DNA from: Paraspadella gotoi
Taxonomy: Eukaryota > Animalia > Chaetognatha
Direction of reading: 5' to 3'
Assembly: GCA_051294375.1 (NCBI GenBank)
Contig: CM119268.1
Coordinates: forward strand, 13,151,770 to 13,215,769
DNA length: 64,000 nucleotides
How positions within the stretch are numbered: position 1 is the first letter of the stretch; each line of letters begins with the position of its first letter. Under the pieces are notes generated by a model, which saw only the letters and a program-made list of their open reading frames with translations, did not search any database and was not told the DNA's origin. This document shows positions 52,419-63,880 of the stretch, piece after piece. Made by a program: the position numbers and the translations under genes.

Positions 52419-52508
52419 TGCCCCGGGTGAGGATCGAACTCACGACCTTCAGATTACCCAAGAGTATTCATTATGAGACTGACGCGCTGCCTACTGCGCT
52501 ACCGAGGC
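52419..52508 (-). tRNA. Elongator tRNA-Met(CAT) with a 17-nt intron (52455-52471)
   Basis: GCCTCGGTAGCGCAGTAGG...tcagtct-CAT-a[atgaatactcttgggta]atctga; 73+17 nt. Confidence 0.9.
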
Positions 52509-52576
52509 TACGAAGATTCACAAAAGTGTTTCATTTTAAAAACCTCTCATTACGAGTCACATTGTTGTTAAAAGGA

Positions 52577-52650
52577 AGGCACCACCGAGATTCGAACTCG
52601 GGATCTCCTGTTTACTAGACAGGCGCTTTAACCAACTAAGCCATGGCGCC
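52577..52650 (-). tRNA. tRNA-Thr(AGT)
   Basis: GGCGCCATGGCTTAGTTGG...cctgtct-AGT-aaacagg. Confidence 0.95.
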
Positions 52651-52961
52651 ATATACAGTTAAAATCTAACTTTAAACGATAAAAAATGGACGGATTTGAC
52701 TTTTGATATGTATCAAAATATAAAAAGAACCTTGAAAAAGTAAAAAACTTATTCCATTTTCTTTTACTATTTTCATTTTTAAATCTAATTTTTAGGGGTC
52801 ATACAAATTTTAAATTATTAGCTCTCATTAATGAACTTGCACTCGTGGCCTAACAGATGAGCCAAGGATTTGGGGAACTAGTACTGCAGTCCATTTAAAA
52901 AAAAATTGGCTTTTCATAACAGTTATCAAGTAAATGCCCTTTGGGTCTGGGAAGACTATAG

Positions 52962-53032
52962 GCATCGGTGGTTCAGTGGTAGAATGCTCGCCTGCCACGC
53001 GGGCGGCCCGGGTTCGATTCCCGGCCGATGCA
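52962..53032 (+). tRNA. tRNA-Gly(GCC)
   Basis: GCATCGGTGGTTCAGTGG...ctcgcct-GCC-acgcggg; T-run terminator follows. Confidence 0.95.
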
Positions 53033-53199
53033 GGTAATTTTTTTTAAATTTAATACAATATGATAACATCTTTTTAAATGACGCGACATAACAGAATTTT
53101 AACTTTCATACTTTCATACTATGTGCATATTAACTACCAACAGAATAAAAAGAAAAGCAAGTTGAGTACTTTTAGTAGAATTACGGACCAATTAACAAT

Positions 53200-53281
53200 G
53201 ACGAGGTGGCCGAGTGGTTAAGGCGTTGGACTGCTAATCCAATGTGCTCTGCACGCGTGGGTTCGAATCCCATCCTCGTCG
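53200..53281 (+). tRNA. tRNA-Ser(GCT)
   Basis: GACGAGGTGGCCGAGTGG...ttggact-GCT-aatccaa; 82 nt. Confidence 0.95.
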
Positions 53282-53342
53282 AAATAAATTTTTTTTTATA
53301 GGCTTTAAACGTGACTTTGACAGTCTAACTCTAAGTAACAGA

Positions 53343-53768
53343 CAGTGGAGTGATGAAAAGACTGAGCCATGGAACAATGTTTTTTGCAAACTGAAAAACT
53401 TTTGTAACATATGTTTCATGATATTTTTAGGTTAAAGCTGCGAAAAATGACCAAAACATTTTATCATATAATAGTTTCTACTACAGAGTTGAAAGTTTTG
53501 ATGCTGAAGACCATGAAATTTTTATTAACATATTTTATATTTTTGATCTAACTTTTTATGAAGAATCTGAACCTTTAATAAAAAATTTTTTTAAAAATTT
53601 ATAAATTTGTTATTTTATAAGGATATTACAATAATGTTACTGATACTGTTCCCCAAACAATATTGGCAAAATATTTTTGATACTCCTTAGCTTAATCATA
53701 CTATCTCACGGCTAAATATCCTTGTTTGTTCACTCAAATAAAAGTTATGTTCCCCAGTGCTCCACTTT
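53343..53768. mobile_element. MITE (gtggag...ctccac termini)
   Basis: Shorter relative of 58380-59007 (gtggagtgatgaaaaga...gtgctccact). Confidence 0.55.
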
Positions 53769-53902
53769 AATAGCCAATTTCATGACAGGATATTAAATTT
53801 TTATGCTTTTAATTCTATACATCGTGAAAGGACGTCATCTTATCTGTGAGAAGCCACTAAAGTATCACTAATACTATCAGGGAATCGTCTTTTTCCACAA
53901 AA

Positions 53903-53974
53903 TGCCGTGACCAGGATTCGAACCTGGGTTGTCGCGGCCACAACGCGAAGTACTAACCACTATACTATCACGGC
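53903..53974 (-). tRNA. tRNA-His(GTG)
   Basis: GCCGTGATAGTATAGTGG...tcgcgtt-GTG-gccgcga. Confidence 0.95.
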
Positions 53975-54634
53975 TATGAAGATAGGGATAGATATATATA
54001 TATTCTAGTAATGACCATTTACCTAATGTTGTTGGCACACTAACTGTACAGACTAACCACGCTGTCAGCAATGTCTACTTAAAGTGTACATAATAATTTT
54101 TTAAAGATTTTGATAAAAGGGAGTAAAAGATTTGAAGAAAATTTTTTTCATTATCATACAATGATTTTGCTGTGGTTGGATTTAAAAAAAACTTCAAAAT
54201 CGAAAAGGCAGTTGCATTGCAAAATAATATTTTCCCAGTAATTATCCCTATCAGAAGAGACAATTCTAATCTTTCGACTTATCGTATAACAGTAACGAAT
54301 CATGCATAACTATAAAAAAAAAAATTGAAGAAGAATTAAAAATGACTATAAATTCAATTAGAAACTTAGCTTAGGAGAATGTACCTAAGACGAAGTGACA
54401 ATAACCGAGACATTCGCCAATTTAATTTTTTCTAACAACTGAAAATAGATTATAATATGTTGAGCAATAGAATTTAAATTATTTCTTTGTTTTTCTTAGT
54501 ATTAATTGAAAACGGCTAATAGAAAGTGTCTGTAGCAAAATAAGTCAATTTTATATATATGGCGATAAATATTAGAATTATTGGAATGCAGAACGAATTA
54601 CTTATACAATTCCGAAAAAAATGAAGAAAATTTA

Positions 54635-54707
54635 AGGTACTGCCCGGTTTCGAACCGGGGACCTTCTGCGTGTTAGGCAGATGTGATAACCACTACACCA
54701 CAGCACC
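54635..54707 (-). tRNA. tRNA-Val(AAC)
   Basis: GGTGCTGTGGTGTAGTGG...tctgcct-AAC-acgcaga. Confidence 0.93.
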
Positions 54708-55423
54708 AGTAGTGTCTTTAATTTATGCGAAATTATGTCAATTCGTCTATGGGAAGCCTAAGATGTAAGTTTAAATGATAGTTTAAATGACAGTTATAAT
54801 GATAATAAGTATTTAAATAATTTAGGTATTAAACCTACTACTTCTCCTTCTACTTGTTGTACATAATGGCTAATATACTCTGTTGATCGTAGTAAAGTGG
54901 TTGTCGCTGATAGGACGCACAGGAGAGTACCCATTACTAAGTTGATAACACTTTTAAGTAGGGGCCCAAAACAATTACATCTAAAAAAAAAAACGGCAAA
55001 ATTTCTTATCCTTAACCTTAATAGTTAATACAATGTAAAAATCTCTTCTTTAAGGTATGAATTAAGGATTCGGGTAGAATTATTAATTATTTAATAGATA
55101 CCAATCGAACCTATCAAGCAAATTAGGATATAACCAGCTACAACCTCTCATGCAAAACCTCTCATGTAAAACGAAAATGATTAAGAGAGCCGAAAGACAG
55201 AAAAACTGAGAAAACTCAATAACACAACAAATCAGTGTCAATAGGATTTGACAGAAAATATAATAAAGGGAAACTCATGCCTACCTGAAAGAACATCCTT
55301 CTTTGAGACAGTAGAGACGAGAGAAGAATGTCGAGATAGAGAGAGAGAGAGTGTGTCACCAAAAATTGACAATTCTTTAAATATTTTTTGAAAACAACTG
55401 AGCAACATAAAGTATTAGTTAAA

Positions 55424-56658
55424 CAAGTTTGAGCAAACAATTGATCGATTAATTAATTAATTAACTAATTTTAATATTTAATAATTAATTATAAATTTAT
55501 ATACAGCTTATCATCATCGATGTCCTTAAAATAAAGTAAATGTGACTTATATTTTTTTCATTTAAACTCATTTTCACTGGCACAATTCCGTCAAAACTTT
55601 ATATCTCGCTTCTTCACAAACTTTCCTTCCCGCTCACAAAATTTCATTTCAATCTATTATGGGTTAAAATAAGTAAAAAGAGTCAAGTAAATGTGACTCA
55701 TATTTTTTTCATTTAAACTCATTTCCACTCGTACCGAAACTTTACATCAAGCTTCGTCACACATTTCCCTACCCACACACAAAATTTGAACTCAATCTAT
55801 CCATCCAATTATGATTAATTAGAGTATTTATTGGTTAAAATAAATAAAAAGATTTTAGTAGATGCCACTTATGTTTTTTCCATTTAAACTCATATCCACT
55901 CACACGATTCCGTCGAAACTTTATATCAAGCTTCATCACACATGTTCCTACCCATACACAAAATTTCATTCCGATCCAACCAGCCAATCACGAGTTATTG
56001 GGGCTTTTTGCTAAGGTGGGACGGATGGACGGATTGATTGACTGATTAATTAATTAATGATTAATTAATTGACTAATTGATTAATTAACTGATTAATTAT
56101 TTGATTTATTAATACATCCTGCATATACATTTAATATAAAAGGAAAAAAAATCATAATCAATTAGTGAAACAGGTTTTTTTTTCCATTTAAACTCATTTC
56201 CACTCAAGCGATTCCATCGAAACTTGGTTTCCTGTTCAATCACACACTTTCCTACTCACATACAAAATTCCAGGTCAATCGCCCCATCCACTCATGAGCA
56301 ATTGGTGTTCAAATAGTGAATTATATTTTTTTTGGGGTTTTTTTCCATTTAAACTCATTTCCACTCGGACGATTCCATCGAAACTTTATATCCAGCTCAA
56401 TCACACACTTCCCTACCCACACACAAAATTTCATTCAAATCCATCCATCCAATCACGAGTAATTGGTGTTTTTTGCTAAGGTGGGACGGACGGACGGAGA
56501 CGGACGGACGGACGGACATCATTTTTTTTGCATAATTTATCATAATTCGATGTTCTGACATGATATAAGTTAGTGCCCGACAATATTGAGGGGGCGGACC
56601 GACGGACCGACAAAGTGATTTAGAGTCGGGATCTGCTGATAAGCAGATCCGACTAAAA
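55424..56658 (+). mobile_element. Two adjacent DINE-1/HINE-like copies
   Basis: Repeated internal modules (tttaaactcatttccact...cacaaaattt), (GGAC)n tracts and 3' hairpin ggatctgc-tgataa-gcagatcc. Confidence 0.7.
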
Positions 56659-56743
56659 ATCACACGTTGATTATAAAAGAGGGCCCATTTTTTCCAGTCT
56701 TTGGCTATCTTTCATTAGTAAAGTGAAACACAGAAGAAGTCAT

Positions 56744-56817
56744 GGCCGGTTAGCTCAGCTGGTTAGAGCGTGGTGCTAATAACGCCAAGGTCGCGGGTTC
56801 GATCCCCACACTGGCCA
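56744..56817 (+). tRNA. tRNA-Ile(AAT)
   Basis: GGCCGGTTAGCTCAGCTGG...tggtgct-AAT-aacgcca; one T-stem mismatch. Confidence 0.9.
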
Positions 56818-57094
56818 AATCTTTTGTGAAAACATGATTTCTTTTCCAGTAGCTTTATCTTGGGGTAGACTGACTGTGTAAGGTGGTAAGAAATTTGGAT
56901 TAAGCACCCGTTCAGACAAAAATTTAAACGTTTAAAAAAAATTTTAAGAGACAAAGAAATTTTAATATTAGTCTATAGCCCACATATTAATTTTTAATTA
57001 TTAATTTATTTGGTTACAAAGTAGCAGAGTAATTCATTTGCATTAAACATTATTAACATTATTAACATTATTAAACATTATTCACAATTATTTG

Positions 57095-57135
57095 GACATG
57101 TTTCGGTCCTTGATTCGGACCTTCGTCAGCGCATT
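57095..57135 (-). ncRNA. Minimal hammerhead ribozyme core (Penelope-like)
   Basis: Minus strand: tgcg-CTGACGA-a-ggtcc-gaatcaa-ggacc-GAAAC-at-GTC. Intact CUGANGA/GAAA core and 5-bp stem II; weak stem I. Confidence 0.65.
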
Positions 57136-57680
57136 TGACAAATTTGGGATTGTGAAAAGTTTAGAAATATTGAGAGAGAGAGAGTGAGAGAGAGAAAGAT
57201 CAGATTCAGATAGCTTGCAAAAAGTTGTCTAAACAAAGTATAATTCTTTTCTCGATATTTTGATCATAAGTGAGTGAAAAATTTGAAAAAACTATTAATA
57301 ATCATCATTGTTATTATATTTTGATAATTTTATTTTAACCACGAAAACTTAATAATTTTTAAAAGTTGTAATTATTTTTTTTATTTAACTTTTTATGCTC
57401 TATCAGAATCCATCAAAAAAGTTACGATTGATTAAAAAAAAATTTATCATTATATATTGGTTGTACCAATTTCATAGTAATATTATAATTTTGATAGCAA
57501 CAATATAAGCATTAAAACCGAACTTTTTTAAAAAAATATTTTTTTGCCTGAAAATAGACTTCAAGACTAAAGTTTTGAACCCCCACCACTATTGAATTTA
57601 ATTTCATACGTTAACCTTAGTGATGATGATCGAATAATAATAATCGAATTTAAGCCGACTCACACCTCCAAATGCACATC

Positions 57681-57753
57681 GGGGGATTAGCTCAAATGGT
57701 AGAGCGCTCGCTTAGCATGCGAGAGGTACCGGGATCGATACCCGGATCCTCCA
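57681..57753 (+). tRNA. tRNA-Ala(AGC)
   Basis: GGGGGATTAGCTCAAATGG...ctcgctt-AGC-atgcgag; G3:U70 present. Confidence 0.95.
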
Positions 57754-58004
57754 ACTATGGCTATCTCTTTTTAAGCCTGATTTTTAATACAAATTTAAGG
57801 TGAAACGAAAATCCGAAGCTCTTACACCGTATTTTTTATTGACTTAATCTTATGTTCATGAACCCATGACATTGAACAAAATGCTTTCCACGGTAAATCA
57901 TATATTTGCAAAATATTAACTAAAACAGGATTTACAGTAATTTTTCGGACAGTTCCAACAACTAATACCTAACTTAATAGACTCATTCATCTCTCAATTA
58001 TCAG

Positions 58005-58076
58005 TCCTCGGTAGTATAGTGGTGAGTATCCTCGCCTGTCACGCGAGAGACCGGGGTTCGATTCCCCGCCGGGGAG
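58005..58076 (+). tRNA. tRNA-Asp(GTC)
   Basis: TCCTCGGTAGTATAGTGG...ctcgcct-GTC-acgcgag; T-run follows. Confidence 0.95.
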
Positions 58077-58229
58077 GTTTTTTTTGTAACTTCAATAAAG
58101 TTTTTTCTCTCATTATTGAAGAAATTACAAATCGACATATAAAGTGAATTATATTATTAAAGTCGAAAAGATCAATTGATTGTTTCTATAGGTTTATGTT
58201 TAACAAATTTAAGAGCAGTAAAAAAAGAC

Positions 58230-58301
58230 TGAGCCCGACGTGATTCGAACACGCAACCTTCTGATCTGGAGTCAGACGCGCTACCGTTGCGCCACAGGCC
58301 C
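58230..58301 (-). tRNA. tRNA-Trp(CCA)
   Basis: GGGCCTGTGGCGCAACGG...tctgact-CCA-gatcaga...GTCGGGCTCA. Confidence 0.95.
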
Positions 58302-58333
58302 AAACATGCTTATGAACAAATCTAAACTAGTTT

Positions 58334-60170
58334 TTAGTCGGATCTGCTTATCAGCAGATTACGACTCTATAAAGTATAATAGGGTGGAGTGATGAAAAGA
58401 TTGAGTGATTGAACATTATTTTTTTGCTGCCTATGGACATATAATTAATGAATTTTAAATCCTTTTAAAAAAAATTTTAGCATAACAGTATAGCAAATTC
58501 AATTATTTATGTAGTAATATCCTTATAAAATCGTCAAATTTCAAAATAATTTTTTTATATTTTTAAGAACTGATTTGGATTCGCTGTAAAAAACTAAGAA
58601 ACTTTTATAAAATATGTTATATGATATTTTAATGTTTAGATGACAAAAAATGACTAAAAAGTTTTAACATATATAAGTTTTTATTACAGAGAATAAAAAA
58701 GTGAGGAATTTTCACCTTTTTTCTTATTTTAAACATTGAAGATGACAGAATTTTTGATAACATGTTTTATATTTTTGATTCAACTTTTAAGAAGAATCTG
58801 AATCTTTAATAAAAGTTTTATAAAACTTATTTTTAAAATTTACTATTTTATAAGGATATTACTACAAATATATTATATTTTACTATTCTGTTCCCGAGAT
58901 AATATAAACAAAATATTTTTTGTACTAGTTACTCATACTATCTCACATCTAAATATCATTGTTCGATCATTCAAATAATTTTTTTGTTCTTGAGTGCTCC
59001 ACTCTACTATATAATTCACTTTGTTGGTCCGACGGTCCACCCCCTCAATCTTATCGGGCATTAATTTAAATCATGTCAGAACATCGGATTATGATAAATA
59101 ATGCAAAAAAAAAAGATGTCCGTCCGTCTGTCTGTCTGTCCGTCCCCCCCTTATGGTTGGATTGAAATGAAATTTTGTGTGTGGGTAGGAAAGTGTGTGA
59201 TTGAGCTAGATATAAAGTTTCAATGGAATCGTACGAGTGGAAATGAGTTTAAATGGAAAAAACATAAGTCATATCTTTTAACTAATTTTAACCCACAATT
59301 ACACTAACTAATAATAATTGGATGGATAGATTAAAATAAAATTTTGTGTGTGGGTGGGAAAGTGTGTGACGAACCTGGTTATAAAGTTTCGATGGAATGG
59401 TGCGAGTGGAAATTAGTTTAAATGGAAAAAAAATATGTCACATTTACTTGAATCTTTTTACTTATTTTTTAACCCATAATTACTTAAATAATTCATAATT
59501 GGATGGAAAGAATGAGATAAAATTTTGTGTGTGGATAGGAAAGTGTGTGATTGAGCAGAATATAGTTTTGATGGAATCGCGGAGTGGAAAAAAACTAAAG
59601 TCAAGTTGACTTGAAATTTTATTCTTTATGGTTACTCATAAATGTTTTAATTAGTTAATTAATTAAAAAAATGATGCAAGTTAAAAAAATGATATAAGTT
59701 GAAAAAATGATGCAAGTTGAAAAAATGATGCAAGTTGAAAAAATAATGCAAGTTGAAAAAATAATGCAAGTTGAAAAAATGATGCAAGTTAAAAAAATGA
59801 TGATAGTTGAAAAAATGGTGTGAGTTAAAAAAAAGATGCCAGTTGAAAAAAAGTGCGAATTGAAAAAATGATGCAAATTGAAAAGTGCGAATTGAAAAAA
59901 TGGGGCAAGTTAAAAAAAAGAGGCCTGTTGAAAAAATGTTTCAAGTTGAAAAAAAAAGTTGAAAAAATAATAATAATTTTAAAAAATATTTGTTTGTACG
60001 TAAAAATTAATCCCTTGCAAACTATTTACATGTATATGCGCAGCCATTGATTTAGTATGGTACAATCTGTTATGATCACAAATTGAAAGAATTAACGTCA
60101 TTTATCATCTGATTAGCTGATTTCCGCTTAATTATCGTAGGCAGAGCCGACATTGTTTGCTCAAACTTGT
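58334..60170 (-). mobile_element. Long DINE-1/HINE-like copy interrupted by a MITE (58380-59007), with an 18-bp tandem array (59668-59960)
   Basis: 3' hairpin at 58336-58360, 5' motif gcagagccgacattgtttgctcaaactt near 60141-60168, array of gaaaaaatgatgcaagtt; the inner MITE has tagggtggag...ctccactcta ends. Confidence 0.65.
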
Positions 60171-60237
60171 TCAATATCAATTATCATATGTTACACGATT
60201 TTCTCATTTTATTCTGATCAACATATTCACTTTATAT

Positions 60238-60309
60238 GGCTCGTTGGTCTAGGGGTATGATTCTCGCTTAGGGTGCGAGAGGTCCCGGGTTCAAATCCCG
60301 GACGAGCCC
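60238..60309 (+). tRNA. tRNA-Pro(AGG)
   Basis: GGCTCGTTGGTCTAGGGG...ctcgctt-AGG-gtgcgag. Confidence 0.95.
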
Positions 60310-60956
60310 TCGAATTTTTTTCAAGCTGACGAAAGAATGTCCGTCACCAGCTTCTCGTAGGAGAATAGGTGACATTATTTTTGAAAGGGGAAAAGCAGGT
60401 GACGTCGCAGAGAGGGCCAAATGTGAAATAGATAAGGATGAAAGACAAAAAAATATCGGAGGGCGTGTCAAGAGTGACTCCCATTAACCTAATCGAGAAC
60501 GAGATATAAATCGACATACGTAAGAGAAGATTTAATGTGAACTCGACATGGAGACCCGCGACGAACGAGGAAGTCGGCGCGACCGCCTCCACGAATGCTT
60601 CGGTATCAAGCAGTGGGTCTGGCTCACGAAGGTCGACGACCTCGGATTCGACGTTTGCGAAGCACAGGAAGGAAATGCTAAGGACGATGTTCGACCATGG
60701 TTTTAAACTTAACTCTGTCGAAAATTAAGTTAAGTTAAATTAAAATTAAATTAAAATTAATAAAAAAAAAATTAACATAAAAATTCTTAAACAATAATCG
60801 ACTTGGTTATTTATGATAGTTAATATTGATAAAAAAAAAAGACAGAGATAACTGAAGTCAAATATTTATATACATTTCGGAATGATAAGTTTAAAATTAG
60901 TGTATTTTTCCTTTCTTTTCGAATAAATAAATAAAAATATCTACTCTGACAACAGT

Positions 60957-61028
60957 TCCCATGTGGTCTAGTGGTTAGGATTCGGCGCTCTCACCGCCGC
61001 GGCCGGGGTTCGATTCCCCGCATGGGAA
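60957..61028 (+). tRNA. tRNA-Glu(CTC), second copy
   Basis: Same sequence as 49616-49687, opposite orientation. Confidence 0.95.
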
Positions 61029-61228
61029 TTCTTTTATATTTTTTGATATTCATGCCAAATTAATTTTCTTTTTTTTTAATCATCCGAATTTAAATATGAA
61101 GTTAATAGTTAAAAACAAAATTTAAACTCTCCTTTTATCATTTCACGTGTCGTATATTCTATTCTAATCTCTGCAACCTTACAATCAATAGGTAAAATAT
61201 AATTAAAACATTTTAACATACTCCATTA

Positions 61229-63790
61229 CAGGCTTCCCTAGACACCCGAAAAAGAAAATAGAAATAAACCCATTTCTGAAAACACAAAAAATGAAAAATA
61301 TAATGTTATTTACTACATCGTAGTGAAGTCAAAAAATTCTGATCCAAGCCAAGTTTTTTTTTTAATTGAATTTTTAAAGTTTTGTTATAATTTTTCATAC
61401 AAAATAATGAGAAACTAATCAACGAACTTTGTCATTCTTTGTCAAATTATTACTTTCTTTATACTCAATCATTATCTACTGAAAGAGAGCTTTTTTAATT
61501 TGAACTCACTTTCATGAGCCTACGATAATTCGTTCTTAAAGTTAATATTTTAAAAATAACTCAATTTATTACAAAAATAGTAACCATTTTGTAATTACTA
61601 CATGAAAGATTTAATCAATTTCTTATTTAATAAAAAACTATAGAAATGTAACATACAATTGCTTAGCTTCAAAATTAACCTAATTTTAAATTTTTCTTCA
61701 ACCATAACTACTATGAAATGCTATGTATAAAATTGTTAAATTTTATATATATATTTTTAAATAATTTAACATCAAGCAAGAGCATATTAGTAATATTATA
61801 CATCCAAAAGAATCCTCATTTTATGATCTTTCTTTTGAGTCTAATCTCAGTTCTCTGTGATAATTCGTTTTTGAGAGTATTGACAAAACAATTCCACAAA
61901 ATGCTTAAAAAGTAAAAAAAATATTCAAAAATATTTAATATTTGAGTCAATTTTTGATATATTTTATCATAAAAGGTTTTAATTGATAGGAAATATGCCA
62001 ATAATAAATTAAATTTCATATTTAAAGATTTTTTAATCAAACATGACTTGTGATCGCCTTTTTCTCCAAATAAATACAAATAAAATTGTGATTTGTCTAT
62101 TTTTGCTAATATTTTAAGCTTTTAATATTAGAATTCTTACTGAAAAATGATATAATAAAAAAATATGGCTATTTCTGCATTCTAACGAGCTATCATACTT
62201 TAAAATATCATAAAAAATAAGTATTTATGAAGTCAAAATGAAAAAAAAATGTCAGTACCAAAATCGATTTTTAGTAATTTCTTAGAGAGAGAGAGAGAGA
62301 GAGAAGAGAGAGAGAGAAAGAGAGAGAGAAAGGGAGAGAGAGAGAAGGGGGAGGGAGATAAAAAGATAGAAAGCCTTATTATATATTATTATATTATATT
62401 ACTATATTATATTATATTATACTATATTATATTATTATATTATATTACTAAATTATATTATACTATAGTATATTAATTACTATATTATATTATTACTTAT
62501 AATTATCACAAGTAGGAGAGTAAAAAAACGGTTAATATTAAAAATTTTGTCTTTTATATTATATAGTTATAATATAATATATAGTAATATAATATAATAA
62601 TATAATATAGTATAATATAATATAGTAATATAAATATAATAATATAATAATAAGGCTTTCTATCTTTATCTCCCTCCCCCTCTCTCTCTCTCCCTTTCTC
62701 TCTCTTCTTTCTCTCTCTCTCTCTCTCTCTCTCCTCCTCTCTCTCTCTCTAAGAAATTACTAAAAATCGATTTCGGTACTGACATTTTTTCATTTTTGAC
62801 TTCATAATACTTATTTTTTTATGATATTTTAAAGTATGATAGCTCGTTAGAATCAGAAATAGCCATTATTTATTATATCATTTTTCAGTAAGAATTCTAA
62901 TATTAAAAGCTTAAAATATTAGCAAAAAATAGACAAACATCCAATTTATTTGTATATATTTGGAGAAAAAAGGCGATCACAAGTCATGTTTGATTTAAAA
63001 AATCTTTAAATATGAAATTTAATTTATTATTGCATATTTTCCTATCAATTAAAACCTTTTATTAGAAAAATCTATCGAAAATTGACTCAAATATTAATAT
63101 TAATGATTATTTTTTTACTTTTTAAGCATTTTGTGGAATTGTTTTTGTCAATATCTCAAAAACGAATTATCACAGAGAACTGAGATTAGACTCAAAAGAT
63201 CATCATAAAATGAGGATTCTTTTGGATGTAACAATATTACATAATTATGCTCTTGCTTGATGTTAAATTATTTAAAAATATATATATAAAATTTAACAAT
63301 TTATACATAGCATTTCATAGTAGTTATTGGTTAAGAAAAATTTAAAATTAGGTTAATTTTGAAGCTAAGCAATTGTATGTTACATTTCTATAGTTTTTTA
63401 TTAAATAAGAATTATGATAAGTTTTTCATGTAGTAATTACAAAATGGTTACTATTTTTGTAATAATATGAGTTATTTTCAATAATAACTTGAGAACGAAT
63501 AATCGTAGGCTTATGAAAGGGAGTTCAAATTAAAGCTCTCTTTCAGTAGATAATGATTGATATAAAGAAAGTAAAATTTGACAAAGAATGACAAAGTTGT
63601 TGATTAGTTTCTCATTATTTTGTATGAAAAATTATAACAAAACTTTAAAATTCAATTAAAAAAAAACTTGCTTGGATCAGAAATTTTTTGACTTCACTAC
63701 GATGTAGTAAAGACATTATATTTTTCATTTTTTTGTGTTCAGAAATGGGTTATTTCTATTTTCTTTTTCGCGGGTGTCTAGGGAACCGTG
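61229..63790. mobile_element. ~2.56-kb foldback element (near-complete palindrome)
   Basis: Arms ~61229-62500 and ~62565-63790 are reverse complements, including GA and TA microsatellites. Termini caggcttccctagacaccc / gggtgtctagggaaccgtg; no ORF. Confidence 0.8.
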
Positions 63791-63806
63791 CATATGCGAA
63801 TAGCAA

Positions 63807-63812
63807 GTCTCT

Positions 63813-63853
<41 letters not shown>

Positions 63854-63880
63854 GTGGTGGTTCGAGCCCACCCGAGGACG
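63807..63880 (+). tRNA. tRNA-Asn(GTT)
   Basis: GTCTCTGTGGCGCAATCGG...ttcggct-GTT-aaccgaa; imperfect acceptor stem (cgaggac). Confidence 0.85.

Noticed and set aside
52839-52870. Additional tRNA-Arg-like 5' end (gcactcgtggcctaacagatg)
   Set aside because: No anticodon or T arm; too degenerate to call.
50974-54071. Short ORFs overlapping tRNA genes
   Set aside because: Chance frames through GC-rich tRNA sequence.
60340-60728. Possible upstream MMP exon or small gene (SRVTPINLIE-like peptide)
   Set aside because: Wrong strand for the MMP, in-frame stop, no convincing motif.
49373-63880. Phage, giant-virus or bacterial tRNA array (contamination or HGT)
   Set aside because: The tRNAs are eukaryotic cytosolic type (A34 set, no encoded CCA tails, mixed strands, T-run terminators) and interleaved with the host repeats seen elsewhere in the window.
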